Virus record (IMG/VR): IMGVR_UViG_3300025141_000047
Location: 1-64,000 of that record
Length of the DNA: 64,000 nt
Strand: one strand, 5' to 3'
Source of the DNA: a virus
How positions within the stretch are numbered: position 1 is the first letter of the stretch; each line of letters opens with the position of its first letter. The notes beneath the pieces were generated by a model. That model had not been told where the DNA came from. It worked only from the letters and a program-made list of their open reading frames with translations, and did not search any database. A program made the position numbers and the translations under genes. Below are positions 1-9,199 of this stretch, piece by piece.

Positions 1-1
1 C

Positions 2-1069
2 TTAGAATATGCTGAACGCATTGCTAAGGAAAATGAGATCGTGGAGAACCCACACAATTTCAAGAAGCAACCCACAGCCTGGATTAAGCACCAATTGGCT
101 GCTGACTACTTCAATGCTGAAATCACTATCAACGATGTTGCCGAACTCGCAGGTTGTCATGTGCAAACCATCAAGCGAGCATTGGAACAATTTGAGGCTG
201 AGGCCGATTACACCCATATTGCTGAGGACTTTCCAGATTGTGATGATGCTTCATGGGATGAACTCGGCATCTCCCTCAATGACACCCACCGCCTTCTCAT
301 CACCTGTGAGCGTTCCCCAACGGGTCGTTATGCACGTGGCCGACCAATCCGATTCATTATCAAGCCGAAAGAGGATTTGCCTTTCGATGGACCAACGGTT
401 GATGACGATGCGCCAGTTCTCAAAGAGGCTGATGACACCGATCCATCCCTCCATGCTTGCCCTGATTGCGGAACTTCAATATCAAAGGAACAAGCCGTTG
501 ATGATGCCCCCGATTGGATTTGTGAAGAATGTCATGCTCACCGCATGATGGAGGATGAGGAATGGGCGGAACAAACAAATGAACGCTCGGCTCAACGTGC
601 AATCTATGAGGCAAAGCCCATTGAGAATGTTCCAACCATCACAGACAATCCAATACCTCTTGAGGCATTGATTGATGATGAACCAGAATATGCTCCTGAG
701 CAAACCGATGCTGAAATTGAAGCCGACTATGCTATGATTGAGGCCATTGAATCAGGAACCACCTATGAACGGGATTTCACGCCTGTTCCAGACAGTGTTC
801 CAGACAGTGTTCTTGAAGGGGTTGTCAAAGCAGTATCTAAGGGCGGTTGCGACAACAATTGCGATGCCCCCGTTTCATTCAAATCAATGACTTCTATTGG
901 TGAAAGAGGATTCTGCACCGAAAAGTGTTGGGCTGAGTATGTTGGCGAACCAGTCAAGCCAGAAGGCCACTATGGACTTCAAGCAGCGTATGATGAAGAG
1001 GTTGAACTACAAAGCACTGAATCAAGCCCTCTTGACGGATTTAACTTTTCAAACGCAATGGGGTTTTGA
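2..1069 (+). CDS. HTH + Zn-finger acidic protein (5'-partial; frame open from window edge)
   Basis: ITINDVAELAGCHVQTIKRAL HTH-like; CPDCG...CEEC and CDNNC...FCTEKC Cys clusters; frame open upstream of the GTG at 41. Confidence 0.6.
   Translation, partial: LEYAERIAKENEIVENPHNFKKQPTAWIKHQLAADYFNAEITINDVAELAGCHVQTIKRALEQFEAEADYTHIAEDFPDCDDASWDELGISLNDTHRLLITCERSPTGRYARGRPIRFIIKPKEDLPFDGPTVDDDAPVLKEADDTDPSLHACPDCGTSISKEQAVDDAPDWICEECHAHRMMEDEEWAEQTNERSAQRAIYEAKPIENVPTITDNPIPLEALIDDEPEYAPEQTDAEIEADYAMIEAIESGTTYERDFTPVPDSVPDSVLEGVVKAVSKGGCDNNCDAPVSFKSMTSIGERGFCTEKCWAEYVGEPVKPEGHYGLQAAYDEEVELQSTESSPLDGFNFSNAMGF
785..812 (+). repeat. 12-bp in-frame tandem repeat (GTTCCAGACAGT x2+)
   Basis: Encodes VPDS VPDS V. 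Confidence 0.85.
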
Positions 1070-1070
1070 A

Positions 1071-1241
1071 GTGAGCGACGAGATGGTAAGTGCATTAACA
1101 AACATCATCGGCTTATTGGCCGAATGTGATGAAACCTTAGATGGTGTGCCTGTCGTGAACCGTGATGGTGTCATTGAAACCCTTCGTGGTGTGATACAGG
1201 ATGAATGGATGCGAATAGGTGTTTTGGAGGCGGTTGAATGA
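1071..1241 (+). CDS. hypothetical protein (56 aa, GTG start)
   Basis: Fills the gap between flanking ORFs; ATGA overlap with the next gene. Confidence 0.55.
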   Translation: MSDEMVSALTNIIGLLAECDETLDGVPVVNRDGVIETLRGVIQDEWMRIGVLEAVE

Positions 1242-1531
1242 GCCGACCAAAGCAAAACAGTGGTCCGAAAATGACTACTTATGAGCGAAAGCCAAAATCA
1301 CGTTCCGCCGCCAACAAAGTATGGGTGATGGTTCATTCAGTCTATGGGCAACCGCCTTCATGGATGAGGATGATACCCGCCAGAAGGTGGTTTGAGAACC
1401 AACAGGGCGAGAAGGAGTTCACCAATACATCTCGATGGGAGATTTCATTTGATGATGAAGGGGAAGACTTATTGATTCTCACAGGTCCAGCGAAAACAGT
1501 GGTTGAGATGCTACCTGGTTTGAGGAATTAA
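1238..1531 (+). CDS. hypothetical protein
   Basis: GGAGG RBS, translational coupling. Confidence 0.7.
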   Translation: MSRPKQNSGPKMTTYERKPKSRSAANKVWVMVHSVYGQPPSWMRMIPARRWFENQQGEKEFTNTSRWEISFDDEGEDLLILTGPAKTVVEMLPGLRN

Positions 1532-1532
1532 A

Positions 1533-2156
1533 ATGGCATCACTAATTGAGTTCCCTCATGCACCTCTTTCACCGATCATGGTGTCTTTCATGAAGTGCAG
1601 GGAGAGCCGACAATTTCAGGGTTCTTATGAAGCAAGACCCAATGTTGGCGATGTTGTAGCATTCATTCCGTATCTGGATTTGCCGCATTATGCTCTTGAT
1701 GAAGAATTAGCCATAGCATTCATTGACAAGAATGGATTTAGAGGTTGGATTTCAAAAGACGATGTTTCAGCAAACTTTGACATGATTACTCCAAAACATA
1801 TTGATTGTTCGATTTATTTTACTTTGTTTGAGAAGCAAGGATGGGAGGCGACACCGATTCTATGGGCTGCAATTGACTGGAAAAAACACTTTCACTTGAG
1901 GACAGATGATGAGACATACGATTTGACCCCTGCATCGTTTTTCAGCCAATGTGATCTTATCACTGATTGTAAAATGTGCGGCCATCCCATGATGAATAAT
2001 GAAAAAGGCGTTCCGAAAGAGGATAAGTGCGAGGCTTGCGATTGGTCAAAGGCAGATGAAGAAAGAGATGCAGAAAAGAGATCGGCCATAGCAATTGTTG
2101 AATTTGATGAAAATAGTTCCTTCTTAGGTGAGGACTTGGGCGAGGAATGGGCGTGA
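1533..2156 (+). CDS. hypothetical protein with C-terminal Zn ribbon
   Basis: CKMCG...CEAC; acidic tail; GAGG RBS. Confidence 0.7.
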   Translation: MASLIEFPHAPLSPIMVSFMKCRESRQFQGSYEARPNVGDVVAFIPYLDLPHYALDEELAIAFIDKNGFRGWISKDDVSANFDMITPKHIDCSIYFTLFEKQGWEATPILWAAIDWKKHFHLRTDDETYDLTPASFFSQCDLITDCKMCGHPMMNNEKGVPKEDKCEACDWSKADEERDAEKRSAIAIVEFDENSSFLGEDLGEEWA

Positions 2157-2160
2157 GGTT

Positions 2161-2436
2161 ATGGAACAATCTCAAGCACCAGCACCAATACCTGTTCTTG
2201 AGATACCAGAAGAAAGACCTCGCAAACCATCAGCCAAAATATCCTCTCTTTGGAAATGCGGCCATCCTGTTGATCTAAATTGGGTTCTTGAAGGATTTCG
2301 ATATTGCCCTTATTGTGGAGGCAAATATCCAAAGAACCGCCTCAATTTGATTGCTCGTTGGGTTGCATACCAGCGTTGGCATATCTCTTATCATCGGTAT
2401 GCAATAACTACTGATGATATGATGAAAAAAAAGTGA
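2161..2436 (+). CDS. Zn-ribbon protein
   Basis: CGH...YCPYCG; ATG at 2161 after GAGG. Confidence 0.65.
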   Translation: MEQSQAPAPIPVLEIPEERPRKPSAKISSLWKCGHPVDLNWVLEGFRYCPYCGGKYPKNRLNLIARWVAYQRWHISYHRYAITTDDMMKKK

Positions 2437-2446
2437 GGCTTTAATT
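2435..2446 (+). promoter_or_regulatory. putative archaeal TATA-box promoter (GAGGCTTTAATT)
   Basis: First T of TTTAA lies 31 nt upstream of ATG 2471, which lacks an RBS (leaderless geometry); same motif recurs at 6407 and 41993-42004. Confidence 0.55.
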
Positions 2447-2470
2447 GCCGAACTCCTTTGGCTTAATTTA

Positions 2471-2728
2471 ATGTGGCCGTTTAAAACGCATGACTTGGAT
2501 GAAGCAGCAAGGCTTCTGGCTGAACACAAAACCTTCATCTCAGCGTATGATGAATTGCTGGCTGAACTTTTTGCGGATCGTGGGATGCTTTTAGGAAGCG
2601 CACGTTTCAAAGAACTTTCTGGCGTTGAACAATTTGACGCATTGAATGAAATTGATTCACGCATAATTCGAGTAAAGGATTTGAAAGAAAAGGAGGGATT
2701 GAGATTCAAGCGCAATTTGAAGTCATAG
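2471..2728 (+). CDS. hypothetical protein
   Basis: ORF directly downstream of a putative promoter. Confidence 0.65.
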   Translation: MWPFKTHDLDEAARLLAEHKTFISAYDELLAELFADRGMLLGSARFKELSGVEQFDALNEIDSRIIRVKDLKEKEGLRFKRNLKS

Positions 2729-2763
2729 ATGAATCCGTTGAGGATGGAAGCCTTTTCATTCTA

Positions 2764-3012
2764 ATGAATAATCAGCCGAACATCGTCATATCCCCTCCAA
2801 ACAATGCAGGTTGGAGAGAGGTATTGATCGGAGTCCATGTATCGTTTGAGAAAAAGACGCTTCTTAAGGAGGTTGAAACATACATGATTGAAGAATTGGC
2901 GTTCCGACAAAACAATGACAAGAGAGGTTGGCGTTGGAAAAAAGTTCACACTGATTCACACGGAATGTCGTTTTACTCAACCAATGTTCGCAACACTTCG
3001 GAGGAAGAATAG
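2764..3012 (+). CDS. hypothetical protein
   Basis: ORF in a co-oriented run. Confidence 0.6.
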   Translation: MNNQPNIVISPPNNAGWREVLIGVHVSFEKKTLLKEVETYMIEELAFRQNNDKRGWRWKKVHTDSHGMSFYSTNVRNTSEEE

Positions 3013-3132
3013 ATGAGGCTTTTTGGTCGAACTTGTTCAAAGAGAGAATGCAATAAACCTGCAAGGGCTGGATTTAGATTCTGTCATCACTGGCTGAAAC
3101 AAAAGAAATGCTCATACCAGGAGGAAGAATAA
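3013..3132 (+). CDS. 39-aa Zn-finger microprotein (not in ORF track)
   Basis: MRLFGRTCSKRECNKPARAGFRFCHHWLKQKKCSYQEEE; GGAGGA RBS; abuts neighbours. Confidence 0.6.
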   Translation: MRLFGRTCSKRECNKPARAGFRFCHHWLKQKKCSYQEEE

Positions 3133-3282
3133 ATGTCAAAAGATCAAACATTTGAAAAAAAATGCCCCGATTGTGGGAATAAAATGAAATTGGCTAACAA
3201 GAGATTCAATCCATTGACAGGAGAGCATCAACAAATTGTTCAATGCAAACAATGTAGGAGGTGGTTGTTCTTTGTCAAGTGA
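3133..3282 (+). CDS. 49-aa CPxCG Zn-ribbon microprotein (not in ORF track)
   Basis: MSKDQTFEKKCPDCGNKMKLANKRFNPLTGEHQQIVQCKQCRRWLFFVK; GGAGGA RBS. Confidence 0.7.
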   Translation: MSKDQTFEKKCPDCGNKMKLANKRFNPLTGEHQQIVQCKQCRRWLFFVK

Positions 3283-3283
3283 A

Positions 3284-3811
3284 ATGCCGCCTCCCGATCA
3301 ACAAGACATTGAATGGGCGTATTATCTGTGGAACTCATTATCTGTTGGAGATGGCCGATGGGTTCTTCCTAATGTTGGGGCTTATGTCCGAACAGGAGTC
3401 AAGGAATTGACTTTGCGTGAAGTTCACTTTTCTAAGCCGACAGCAAATGAGTTCGGCAATTCTGTTTTTGATCAGCACCATTGGATTATGACTCTTGCAG
3501 ATAATATCGGATGGGAAATTAAAGAGGCCGTTTTGATGGCGACAGACAATGATGGTGAAATCAACATACCTGATGAATTAGTCGGCCTTGTTTCAATGTG
3601 CGCTGATAGATGCGGGGCGGTGTTCCGTGTTGAAGGCTTAAGTCCATCACAACAATTTGTGAAAATATCCGACTCATTGGTTTGTCCTTGCTGCGGCAAT
3701 GAACAAGCGGTTGAACCGTTGTTGAAATCTGTTCATATTGTCGTTGATGATAGAGGCTATCGGATCAATCAAGAACGTTTGAATCTTGAAAAGGATGAAG
3801 AGGAAGAATGA
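3284..3811 (+). CDS. hypothetical protein with Zn ribbon
   Basis: CADRCG...CPCCG. Confidence 0.7.
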   Translation: MPPPDQQDIEWAYYLWNSLSVGDGRWVLPNVGAYVRTGVKELTLREVHFSKPTANEFGNSVFDQHHWIMTLADNIGWEIKEAVLMATDNDGEINIPDELVGLVSMCADRCGAVFRVEGLSPSQQFVKISDSLVCPCCGNEQAVEPLLKSVHIVVDDRGYRINQERLNLEKDEEEE

Positions 3812-4101
3812 TGGGTGAAAATGATTTCAAGTCAAGAATTTTTGGGGTTGTTCCTACATCATTCACACCTGGTTTTGAACTACACATAATGACCAGTGAG
3901 GCTTTCAATGCGAGAGTCTTGAACTTGAGATTAAATCGTGTGATACCGTCTATGAGAGGCTACACTGGATATACAAAACAAGGGTTCATGCTGTCAAGAG
4001 ATGAAGCAAGGGTCTTACTCGAAGCGTTGGTTGAAGTCATACATGATGATGATGCGTGGGAGGATGAACCCAGTGAAACAGTGGTGATTGATGATGATTG
4101 A
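3808..4101 (+). CDS. PC4/YdbC-like ssDNA-binding protein / transcription coactivator
   Basis: VLNLRL...GYTKQGFMLSRDEARVLLEAL resembles the PC4 signature (DIR...PTKKGISL...L). Confidence 0.55.
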   Translation: MMGENDFKSRIFGVVPTSFTPGFELHIMTSEAFNARVLNLRLNRVIPSMRGYTGYTKQGFMLSRDEARVLLEALVEVIHDDDAWEDEPSETVVIDDD

Positions 4102-4459
4102 ACGATGGATTGAACATCACCATGAGATTATATCTCACTTTTCAGCACGACTGGAACTACCAGAAGAAATAACTCCGATCATTTGCGAGATTTGGGATAG
4201 AACACGGTTGAAAGCAGCAAGGATTCCGAAGTCATTGATTGTTGATTGTGTGTATCTGGTTGCACACATGACAGGGAATCGGCGGTCAATTGTTGATATG
4301 AAAGACGCTGCATTGTCAATTATTCAAAGACGGACTAAACCATTTAATCAAGATCGGAGAAGGGATAAAGTGAATTGGGTTGAAACAGATTGGGCTAAAG
4401 CAATAATTCTTGACATACTGCCTGATGAACAATCCTTTGATGATTTCATGAATAGGTGA
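4091..4459 (+). CDS. TFIIB/TFB-like single cyclin-fold protein
   Basis: ISHFSARLELPEEI...ARIPKSLIVDCVYLVAHMTGNRRSIVDMKDA aligns with a TFB core repeat. Confidence 0.65.
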   Translation: MMIERWIEHHHEIISHFSARLELPEEITPIICEIWDRTRLKAARIPKSLIVDCVYLVAHMTGNRRSIVDMKDAALSIIQRRTKPFNQDRRRDKVNWVETDWAKAIILDILPDEQSFDDFMNR

Positions 4460-4463
4460 TGGC

Positions 4464-5909
4464 GTGAACTACCGCATTCTTGCTGAATCAATACGGGTGT
4501 GCAGGGCTATACCCCATGATAAATCAAAAATCATCAAGAATATGCTTTTGATGTGTCCTTTGAGTCAATGGAAAATTGCATACCTTTGCCATGCCCCATC
4601 ATCAAAGCATAGACTCTCCGATGAGGATTTACGAGAAATCTATTTTTTATTGACTGATCTTTATCCAGAAGAAGTTGAAGAAAACCCCAATTTGATTTCA
4701 ATGTTGGCTGGATTGTCAAAAGCAAACAAAACGGTTGCTATTGTTGATCGTGTTTTTGAAATCACAAAGTCGGTTTTAGAATCATGTGAAAACAATGTGC
4801 AGCGTTCAAACACAATTCGCCCTCTCTTTTCACGTATCACTTCTCAAGACCTAAAATGCTTCTTTCACCGATTGAGCAATAGACAGGGCATAATCAACCG
4901 CCATGACATCACAAAGGCTCTTGCTCATGCAAATGGAGAACTTATGAGGCACGTGAGGAAAGCATCATTCTTAATTGGTTTAGAGAAGGTATGCGATAGG
5001 CTTTCACGACAGGAAAGCATTCACGATGTCCTCAAACCTGCTATCGGAATGCCGATGATTATTCCCTCACCTACGATCTGCAACATTCGAGATATTCCTT
5101 TTGGGCGAACCTACTTGGAGATTCCAGAAGGAGAACGAATGACCCTGCACGTTCTAAAGGATGATATGCGATTATTCAATGTTGCTGGTGAGCGCATTGA
5201 TGATGAGGACTCCACGCTAAAAACGATTGTTGAAGCATCAGGAGTCAAAGAGGGCATCTATCTGGTTGAGTATGCAAGCGGCAGGGATATTGAAATGATG
5301 TTTGTTGATTTATTGACCCCCAGTATTGAAACCATGCCTTTTGAAAAAAGAAGGATTGAGATCGGTTGCCCCAATTGGTCTTTGAAACCAATGAATGAGA
5401 TTAACGATGCCACCTACTACCTTGAACACGTGGGGGCAAAGCAGCCTGTGGTTCTTTGGAACGCCAATGGTATATTGACCTATGAGAGTTCAGTATATGA
5501 GTCGGCTTTGATGAACATTCATCAAGTGCATAAGTCTGTGTTTATGGTTGTTGGAGGGTTGTATGTGAAAGAAAACCCGCTATCAAAACCAGTTCTTTCA
5601 AAGTGGAGAATTGCTGTCCGAGATGGCGACTCGCATTATGATGTTGGACTTGTTGATATTGATCCTACTGTTTCTTTGATGAGATTTACAAACCCTCACA
5701 AAATAATTGAAGGCGAACAGGTTTCAATGAAGAGTCCCGTTTTTGTAAATGTCAAAGTTATTTCATCTGGGTGGGGGGATTATGGGGCTTACATTCAAGG
5801 CATGATTGAAAGTGTCGCCAATAGTGCGGGTCTTTCCGATTGCGTTAGCATTGATGAAATCGAAGCCTTAACAAAGAGATGGGATGAAGAATATGGAGAT
5901 AATGACTAA
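4464..5909 (+). CDS. ATP-dependent DNA ligase-like protein (catalytic Lys apparently absent)
   Basis: Helical N-domain, KPAIGMPMIIP, motif I as LEIPEGERM, FVDLL, PFEKRR, OB-like C-terminus. Confidence 0.6.
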   Translation: MNYRILAESIRVCRAIPHDKSKIIKNMLLMCPLSQWKIAYLCHAPSSKHRLSDEDLREIYFLLTDLYPEEVEENPNLISMLAGLSKANKTVAIVDRVFEITKSVLESCENNVQRSNTIRPLFSRITSQDLKCFFHRLSNRQGIINRHDITKALAHANGELMRHVRKASFLIGLEKVCDRLSRQESIHDVLKPAIGMPMIIPSPTICNIRDIPFGRTYLEIPEGERMTLHVLKDDMRLFNVAGERIDDEDSTLKTIVEASGVKEGIYLVEYASGRDIEMMFVDLLTPSIETMPFEKRRIEIGCPNWSLKPMNEINDATYYLEHVGAKQPVVLWNANGILTYESSVYESALMNIHQVHKSVFMVVGGLYVKENPLSKPVLSKWRIAVRDGDSHYDVGLVDIDPTVSLMRFTNPHKIIEGEQVSMKSPVFVNVKVISSGWGDYGAYIQGMIESVANSAGLSDCVSIDEIEALTKRWDEEYGDND

Positions 5910-6072
5910 GACATGGCTTTCAATGACGACGTGGGCGATGAAGGAAGAGGGGATTAAAGGATGGCTGAGATTAACGATGGTGATGTTCATAATCTCAACA
6001 ATCAGCCTATTGATATTGATATTGGTTTTGGTTCTCTATCCGATAGCCTGGATTTACAACAAACTGATTTGA
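5902..6072 (+). CDS. small membrane protein
   Basis: Long hydrophobic stretch LTMVMFIISTISLLILILVLVLYPIAWI. Confidence 0.6.
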   Translation: MTKTWLSMTTWAMKEEGIKGWLRLTMVMFIISTISLLILILVLVLYPIAWIYNKLI

Positions 6073-6416
6073 GGAATACATTGATTTCAGCCATGTTGTT
6101 GAGGGGCGATATACGATGCCGATTAACAACAAAATTCAAATGTGGTTATGAGATTAGACCCATCATTTGGTTTTCTAAGCAAACAGATGAAGTGGATGCT
6201 ACATTAGAGAAGATCGGTTTGAATTGGAAAAGAACTTTTGTTCGCACTGAGGACATCACTAAATTATGCTTCGCCTTCTCAAAGTTCTTCAATCTCAGCA
6301 CAAAATCACAGGGCTTGAAAATGGTGGAGAGCCTTAATGGGGTGTTGCCCCAACCCCTTGATTATCAAGAGGTGAAGGAAGCACTTATTCAAATTGAGAA
6401 TATAGTGAGCCTTTAA
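6069..6416 (+). CDS. degenerate LAGLIDADG-fold-like protein
   Basis: LISAMLLRGDIRC...GYEIRPIIWFSKQ resembles the LAGLIDADG beta-saddle; acidic catalytic residue not evident. Confidence 0.35.
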   Translation: MRNTLISAMLLRGDIRCRLTTKFKCGYEIRPIIWFSKQTDEVDATLEKIGLNWKRTFVRTEDITKLCFAFSKFFNLSTKSQGLKMVESLNGVLPQPLDYQEVKEALIQIENIVSL

Positions 6417-6418
6417 GA
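6407..6418 (+). promoter_or_regulatory. putative TATA-box promoter (GAGCCTTTAAGA)
   Basis: Near-identical to the motifs at 2435 and 41993-42004; precedes the replication operon. Confidence 0.5.
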
Positions 6419-6461
6419 CCCCTTCACCCTTCGGTTAAATCCCTGCGGGAGAGAAATACAC

Positions 6462-7781
6462 ATGAATGAAGCATTGAAGCGAGTTATGGAAGCCAAAAAT
6501 TTGAGCGAAGAAGAAACAAAGGCTGCGTTTGCAGAATTTGTAAAGGAGAATTACCCTGAGATTTGGACTCAGGCTGCTGAAAACATCAGCAACCTTGAAG
6601 ACGAGGACATGGACTTCTTTTCATCTGCGTTTGAAGTGAATACAGTAAGAAGAAAAGGCACAGGTGGCAAAGGCGAAACTTGGGTTGGTATGATTGTGGC
6701 CTATGATGGGACACGTGATATGATGCAACGCCAAAGAGATACAGCCATTGAAGCGGCTGAGATCAATTTGGGTCAAGCACTTCGATACGGCATCAAGCAA
6801 AACGACAGAAGCATTGGAATTGGCCGTGTGGTCAAGTCCAACGAACCTGACTCAAACTGGTGCGTCAAAGGTGCTGATGATTCTTTGCTTTACAAGGAAT
6901 CCGCTACTGATGATAAAGTCCCGCTTTGGGTCATCGCCATCAACAACGGCGCATCCCACATCTGTTTGCTCAAGGCCGACAACCGTTCTCCAAAGAGGGC
7001 GTTCATGGTCAAGCGCAAGTGGCTTTTCATCGGCAACACGGAAGAGAAGTTCCTGAGCGAAGGTGCTTTGCCTCCAATGACGCTTGAATGTTCCTTTGGT
7101 GCTGCTGAGGTTGAACTTCAAATGCTTCGACCAATCAAGTTCAAGGCTGAAATGGAAACGGCATGGAAACCTCAAGGATCGGATGAGCCAGACCAACAAC
7201 AATTGGTTGCTCTTGACATTGATGCAGACTATGGCCTTGACTGGGTGGAAGAATCAATCCGCCCAAAGGTCGTGAGCCTGTTTGCACCAGACCAATTCCT
7301 CGCCAATTTCATGCCTTCTGTTGATTTGGCCGACGTTTTTGATTACCACATGGCCGAGCGCAAAATGCTTTCATCTGGGAAGGACTTTGGACCCCTATTT
7401 GCTATCAGTGGAACTGTTGATTACATAGACCACGCAGGTAAAGAGAACCTTTACACCGAAGGCGGATTCAAGCATTCAATCACTTTGACTTCAAACAGTC
7501 TGCGACGTGAGGATGCAAACGCAAACCTTTGGGTTGATGTTTCCCGACACCTTGTTGAGAAGCAACACGCATTCCAGGTCAAGAAGGCCGACTCATGGCG
7601 TGATTATGCAAGTGGAAGCCGTCTGTGGATTGTTGTTCGCTCTCGAACATGGCAAGGCACTGATGGAAGCGTCAATCTCAACATGGATGCAAAGAGCGTA
7701 TATGCTATGCCTCTCCGATCCATCGTGGCTAAAGAAGCCCCTGCCGATGCAAACGACATATCCCACACAAAGGACTTTTGA
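6462..7781 (+). CDS. putative OB-fold ssDNA-binding (RPA-like) protein
   Basis: C-terminal OB-like pattern (ISGTVDYI...GSRLWIVVRSRTW...NMDAKSVY); first gene of the replication operon. Confidence 0.45.
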   Translation: MNEALKRVMEAKNLSEEETKAAFAEFVKENYPEIWTQAAENISNLEDEDMDFFSSAFEVNTVRRKGTGGKGETWVGMIVAYDGTRDMMQRQRDTAIEAAEINLGQALRYGIKQNDRSIGIGRVVKSNEPDSNWCVKGADDSLLYKESATDDKVPLWVIAINNGASHICLLKADNRSPKRAFMVKRKWLFIGNTEEKFLSEGALPPMTLECSFGAAEVELQMLRPIKFKAEMETAWKPQGSDEPDQQQLVALDIDADYGLDWVEESIRPKVVSLFAPDQFLANFMPSVDLADVFDYHMAERKMLSSGKDFGPLFAISGTVDYIDHAGKENLYTEGGFKHSITLTSNSLRREDANANLWVDVSRHLVEKQHAFQVKKADSWRDYASGSRLWIVVRSRTWQGTDGSVNLNMDAKSVYAMPLRSIVAKEAPADANDISHTKDF

Positions 7782-7790
7782 GGTGATTAA

Positions 7791-9047
7791 ATGACTGGAA
7801 CAGGATTTTTAGACAATTGGAAGCCCGTTGATACAACCAAAGAACCTTCTCAGCAAGAGAAGAAGGCTGAGGCTACAAACCTCCCTTCAACGGCTGAGGT
7901 GGCTCAAGCCCCTGTGGTGAACCAATCCCTGCCCTCCGTTGAAGAGAGGCAATCAGGAATGGTTTCTGGATTTGGAGATTTCCCGCTTGAGGCTTTGGTT
8001 GATGAAGAACCAGCAAAGGGTTTGCTTGAAAGCGAAGGAGTCATTGACTTTGATGCTGAAACAAGTGGCGCATGGTCGCTACCTCAATCAGCCAACCCTG
8101 CATGGAAGCGTATTGCTGCCGCACGATCAACACACGTGCGACAGGAACGCAAAGTTCTTTGTGGCGTTGTCGGACCTCGAAAGGCTGGTAAATCAGGAAT
8201 GCTTGTTGATTCATTGACTGATGAAGAAGTCGCCAATGGCGCAATGATTTTCATTGAGGATTTTGATGCGGGGGGAGATTCCACCGTATCTGCACACCAC
8301 AGGGACAAGCAAGAAAACATCGTTGTCCTAAACCCCTGGATCACCAACAAACAATCCAAAAGCCGTGTTCCTTTCAATTACCCTGAAACATTCAACAAGA
8401 CAATGGATGACTTGTTGTATGCTCTTGAAGTCGCTGAATCACAGGATGAATACTTCAAGGTTCACGGTAAAATGCCGAACCCATACCTCAAGACTTTTGT
8501 TTTTGATGGGATGGACCATTGGCTGCACATTTGTGGAACTGCAATGAAAATTGAAGACCTTGAACTGGGCGATGATGCGGTGGAAGTATCAGGTCGAAAG
8601 ACCGCCACTAAGGTTGGTCGTTTCAATTGGGAGTTCCGAAAGAACCGATACCAAGCGGCAATGAACACATTTCAAGAACTCAGCCGACTCAATGTTCACG
8701 TCTATGTGGTCACTGGTCAAAAGCCATCATACGATTCCAACGGAAACGAAATCATGGGTGCGGATATTGCCGCATGGATGAAAGACACCGAGCGTGATCT
8801 TGAACAACTTGTTGAGGTTTCATTGGAAGCCGAGAGGAATGAGATCGGTGAACTTACAGGTAAAACGATTTCAACCGCACAATTGAAGTTCAACCGAACC
8901 TCCCTGCGCCTCCCTGAGCCTGTTATCCTCTTCCAACAAGAAGTCGGAACAGACGGTCAATGGTTTGGCTACAAGGGGCTAAAAGACGGTTCTTTTGAGC
9001 ATCCTGATGATACCAATGAACTTACTACTACTGAGGACTCGGAATGA
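7791..9047 (+). CDS. P-loop ATPase (AAA_24/Sak4/RadA-like recombination protein)
   Basis: Walker A GPRKAGKS, Walker B FVFDG; context with SSB and exonuclease. Confidence 0.65.
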   Translation: MTGTGFLDNWKPVDTTKEPSQQEKKAEATNLPSTAEVAQAPVVNQSLPSVEERQSGMVSGFGDFPLEALVDEEPAKGLLESEGVIDFDAETSGAWSLPQSANPAWKRIAAARSTHVRQERKVLCGVVGPRKAGKSGMLVDSLTDEEVANGAMIFIEDFDAGGDSTVSAHHRDKQENIVVLNPWITNKQSKSRVPFNYPETFNKTMDDLLYALEVAESQDEYFKVHGKMPNPYLKTFVFDGMDHWLHICGTAMKIEDLELGDDAVEVSGRKTATKVGRFNWEFRKNRYQAAMNTFQELSRLNVHVYVVTGQKPSYDSNGNEIMGADIAAWMKDTERDLEQLVEVSLEAERNEIGELTGKTISTAQLKFNRTSLRLPEPVILFQQEVGTDGQWFGYKGLKDGSFEHPDDTNELTTTEDSE

Positions 9048-9199
9048 CACTTAGCGGGAATCAAACCTGCAAGCATCAATGGCGAGCGTTGCCTGATGTA
9101 GTGGCCGACCCCGACAAAGGACTTGTTGCTTCGGTCTATTGCTATCAATGCGGCCATTCCCGTTATGCACAATTGAAATTGATTGGAGGGAAACAGTGA
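9044..9199 (+). CDS. 51-aa Zn-finger microprotein (not in ORF track)
   Basis: MTLSGNQTCKHQWRALPDVVADPDKGLVASVYCYQCGHSRYAQLKLIGGKQ; ATGA and TGATG overlaps on both sides. Confidence 0.7.
   Translation: MTLSGNQTCKHQWRALPDVVADPDKGLVASVYCYQCGHSRYAQLKLIGGKQ

Noticed and set aside
9047-9199. Apparent GC-rich intergenic gap as tRNA/ncRNA
   Set aside because: No cloverleaf or TTCGA arm. It is fully explained by a coupled 51-aa Zn-finger ORF.
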